From Phoronis australis (Eukaryota > Animalia > Phoronida), in assembly GCA_002633005.1 (NCBI GenBank), contig NMRA01000068.1:885092-949091 (forward strand): 64,000 nucleotides of DNA, given 5' to 3'. The position numbers were made by a program, and so were the translations under genes. The notes below the pieces were generated by a model. The model saw only the letters and a list, made by a program, of their open reading frames with translations, did not search any database and had not been told where the DNA came from. This document shows positions 63,561 through 64,000 of the stretch, one piece after another. Position 1 is the first letter of the stretch, and every line of letters begins with the position of its first letter.

Positions 63561-64000
63561 ATTAACATTTAAAAATGTGTTTTTACTTTGTTAATCAGCC
63601 AGACTTACTATGGCTTCACATCCGGCATTTCCATGTTCATACATATTACATAGGTTAAGGTTTGATGAAATGTTATTGCCAAGGCTAAAAACTATTACAT
63701 TTTAACTCCGTGAAAGAAGAAAACTTGAACAGTTGTCCTGTTTTTTTGGAGCTGCATACCGCCTCAGCATCTGAGTGTTCCACTTTTTGACATACAGTAA
63801 AATCTCACCAATTTCAGACAAAAATTATTGTCCAAATTGCCTTTTTTCATTTTTCAAGTGCTTCTAACATAGTAATTTATGGTCACATTTTTTAAAATCA
63901 TCTGATGGCAGCTATGGTAACAGAAATTTCACATTACCTGATGGTAGCTATGGTAACAGAACTTGAACATTGAAAAGCGTCAATTTTGTATGACATGTCT

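Overview
AT-rich, intron-rich animal (invertebrate-like) genomic DNA. Three spliced host genes were reconstructed by hand from GT-AG junctions. SUCLA2 (ATP-specific succinyl-CoA ligase beta) is complete: 11 exons, minus strand, 1117-20978. An RBM41-like RRM gene has 6 exons, minus strand, 43904-56677. The first two exons of MCTS1 lie on the plus strand from 56990, head-to-head with RBM41 across about 310 bp. Most of the rest is decayed transposable elements: two large nested Ty3/Gypsy complexes (22057-30418 and 32955-42570), a third Gypsy remnant in MCTS1 intron 1, a Penelope-like inverted pair, mariner, Harbinger, Kolobok-like and ISL2EU-like remnants, several MITEs and minisatellites. The most notable element is a complete 546-bp non-coding LTR retroelement (TRIM; 57857-58402, 4-bp TSD, tRNA-Ser PBS, PPT) whose LTRs carry a tRNA-type Pol III A/B-box promoter (Helenus-like), with further copies nearby. 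There is a 748-N gap and one probable assembly duplication. All family assignments come from motif recognition by eye, not from database searches.
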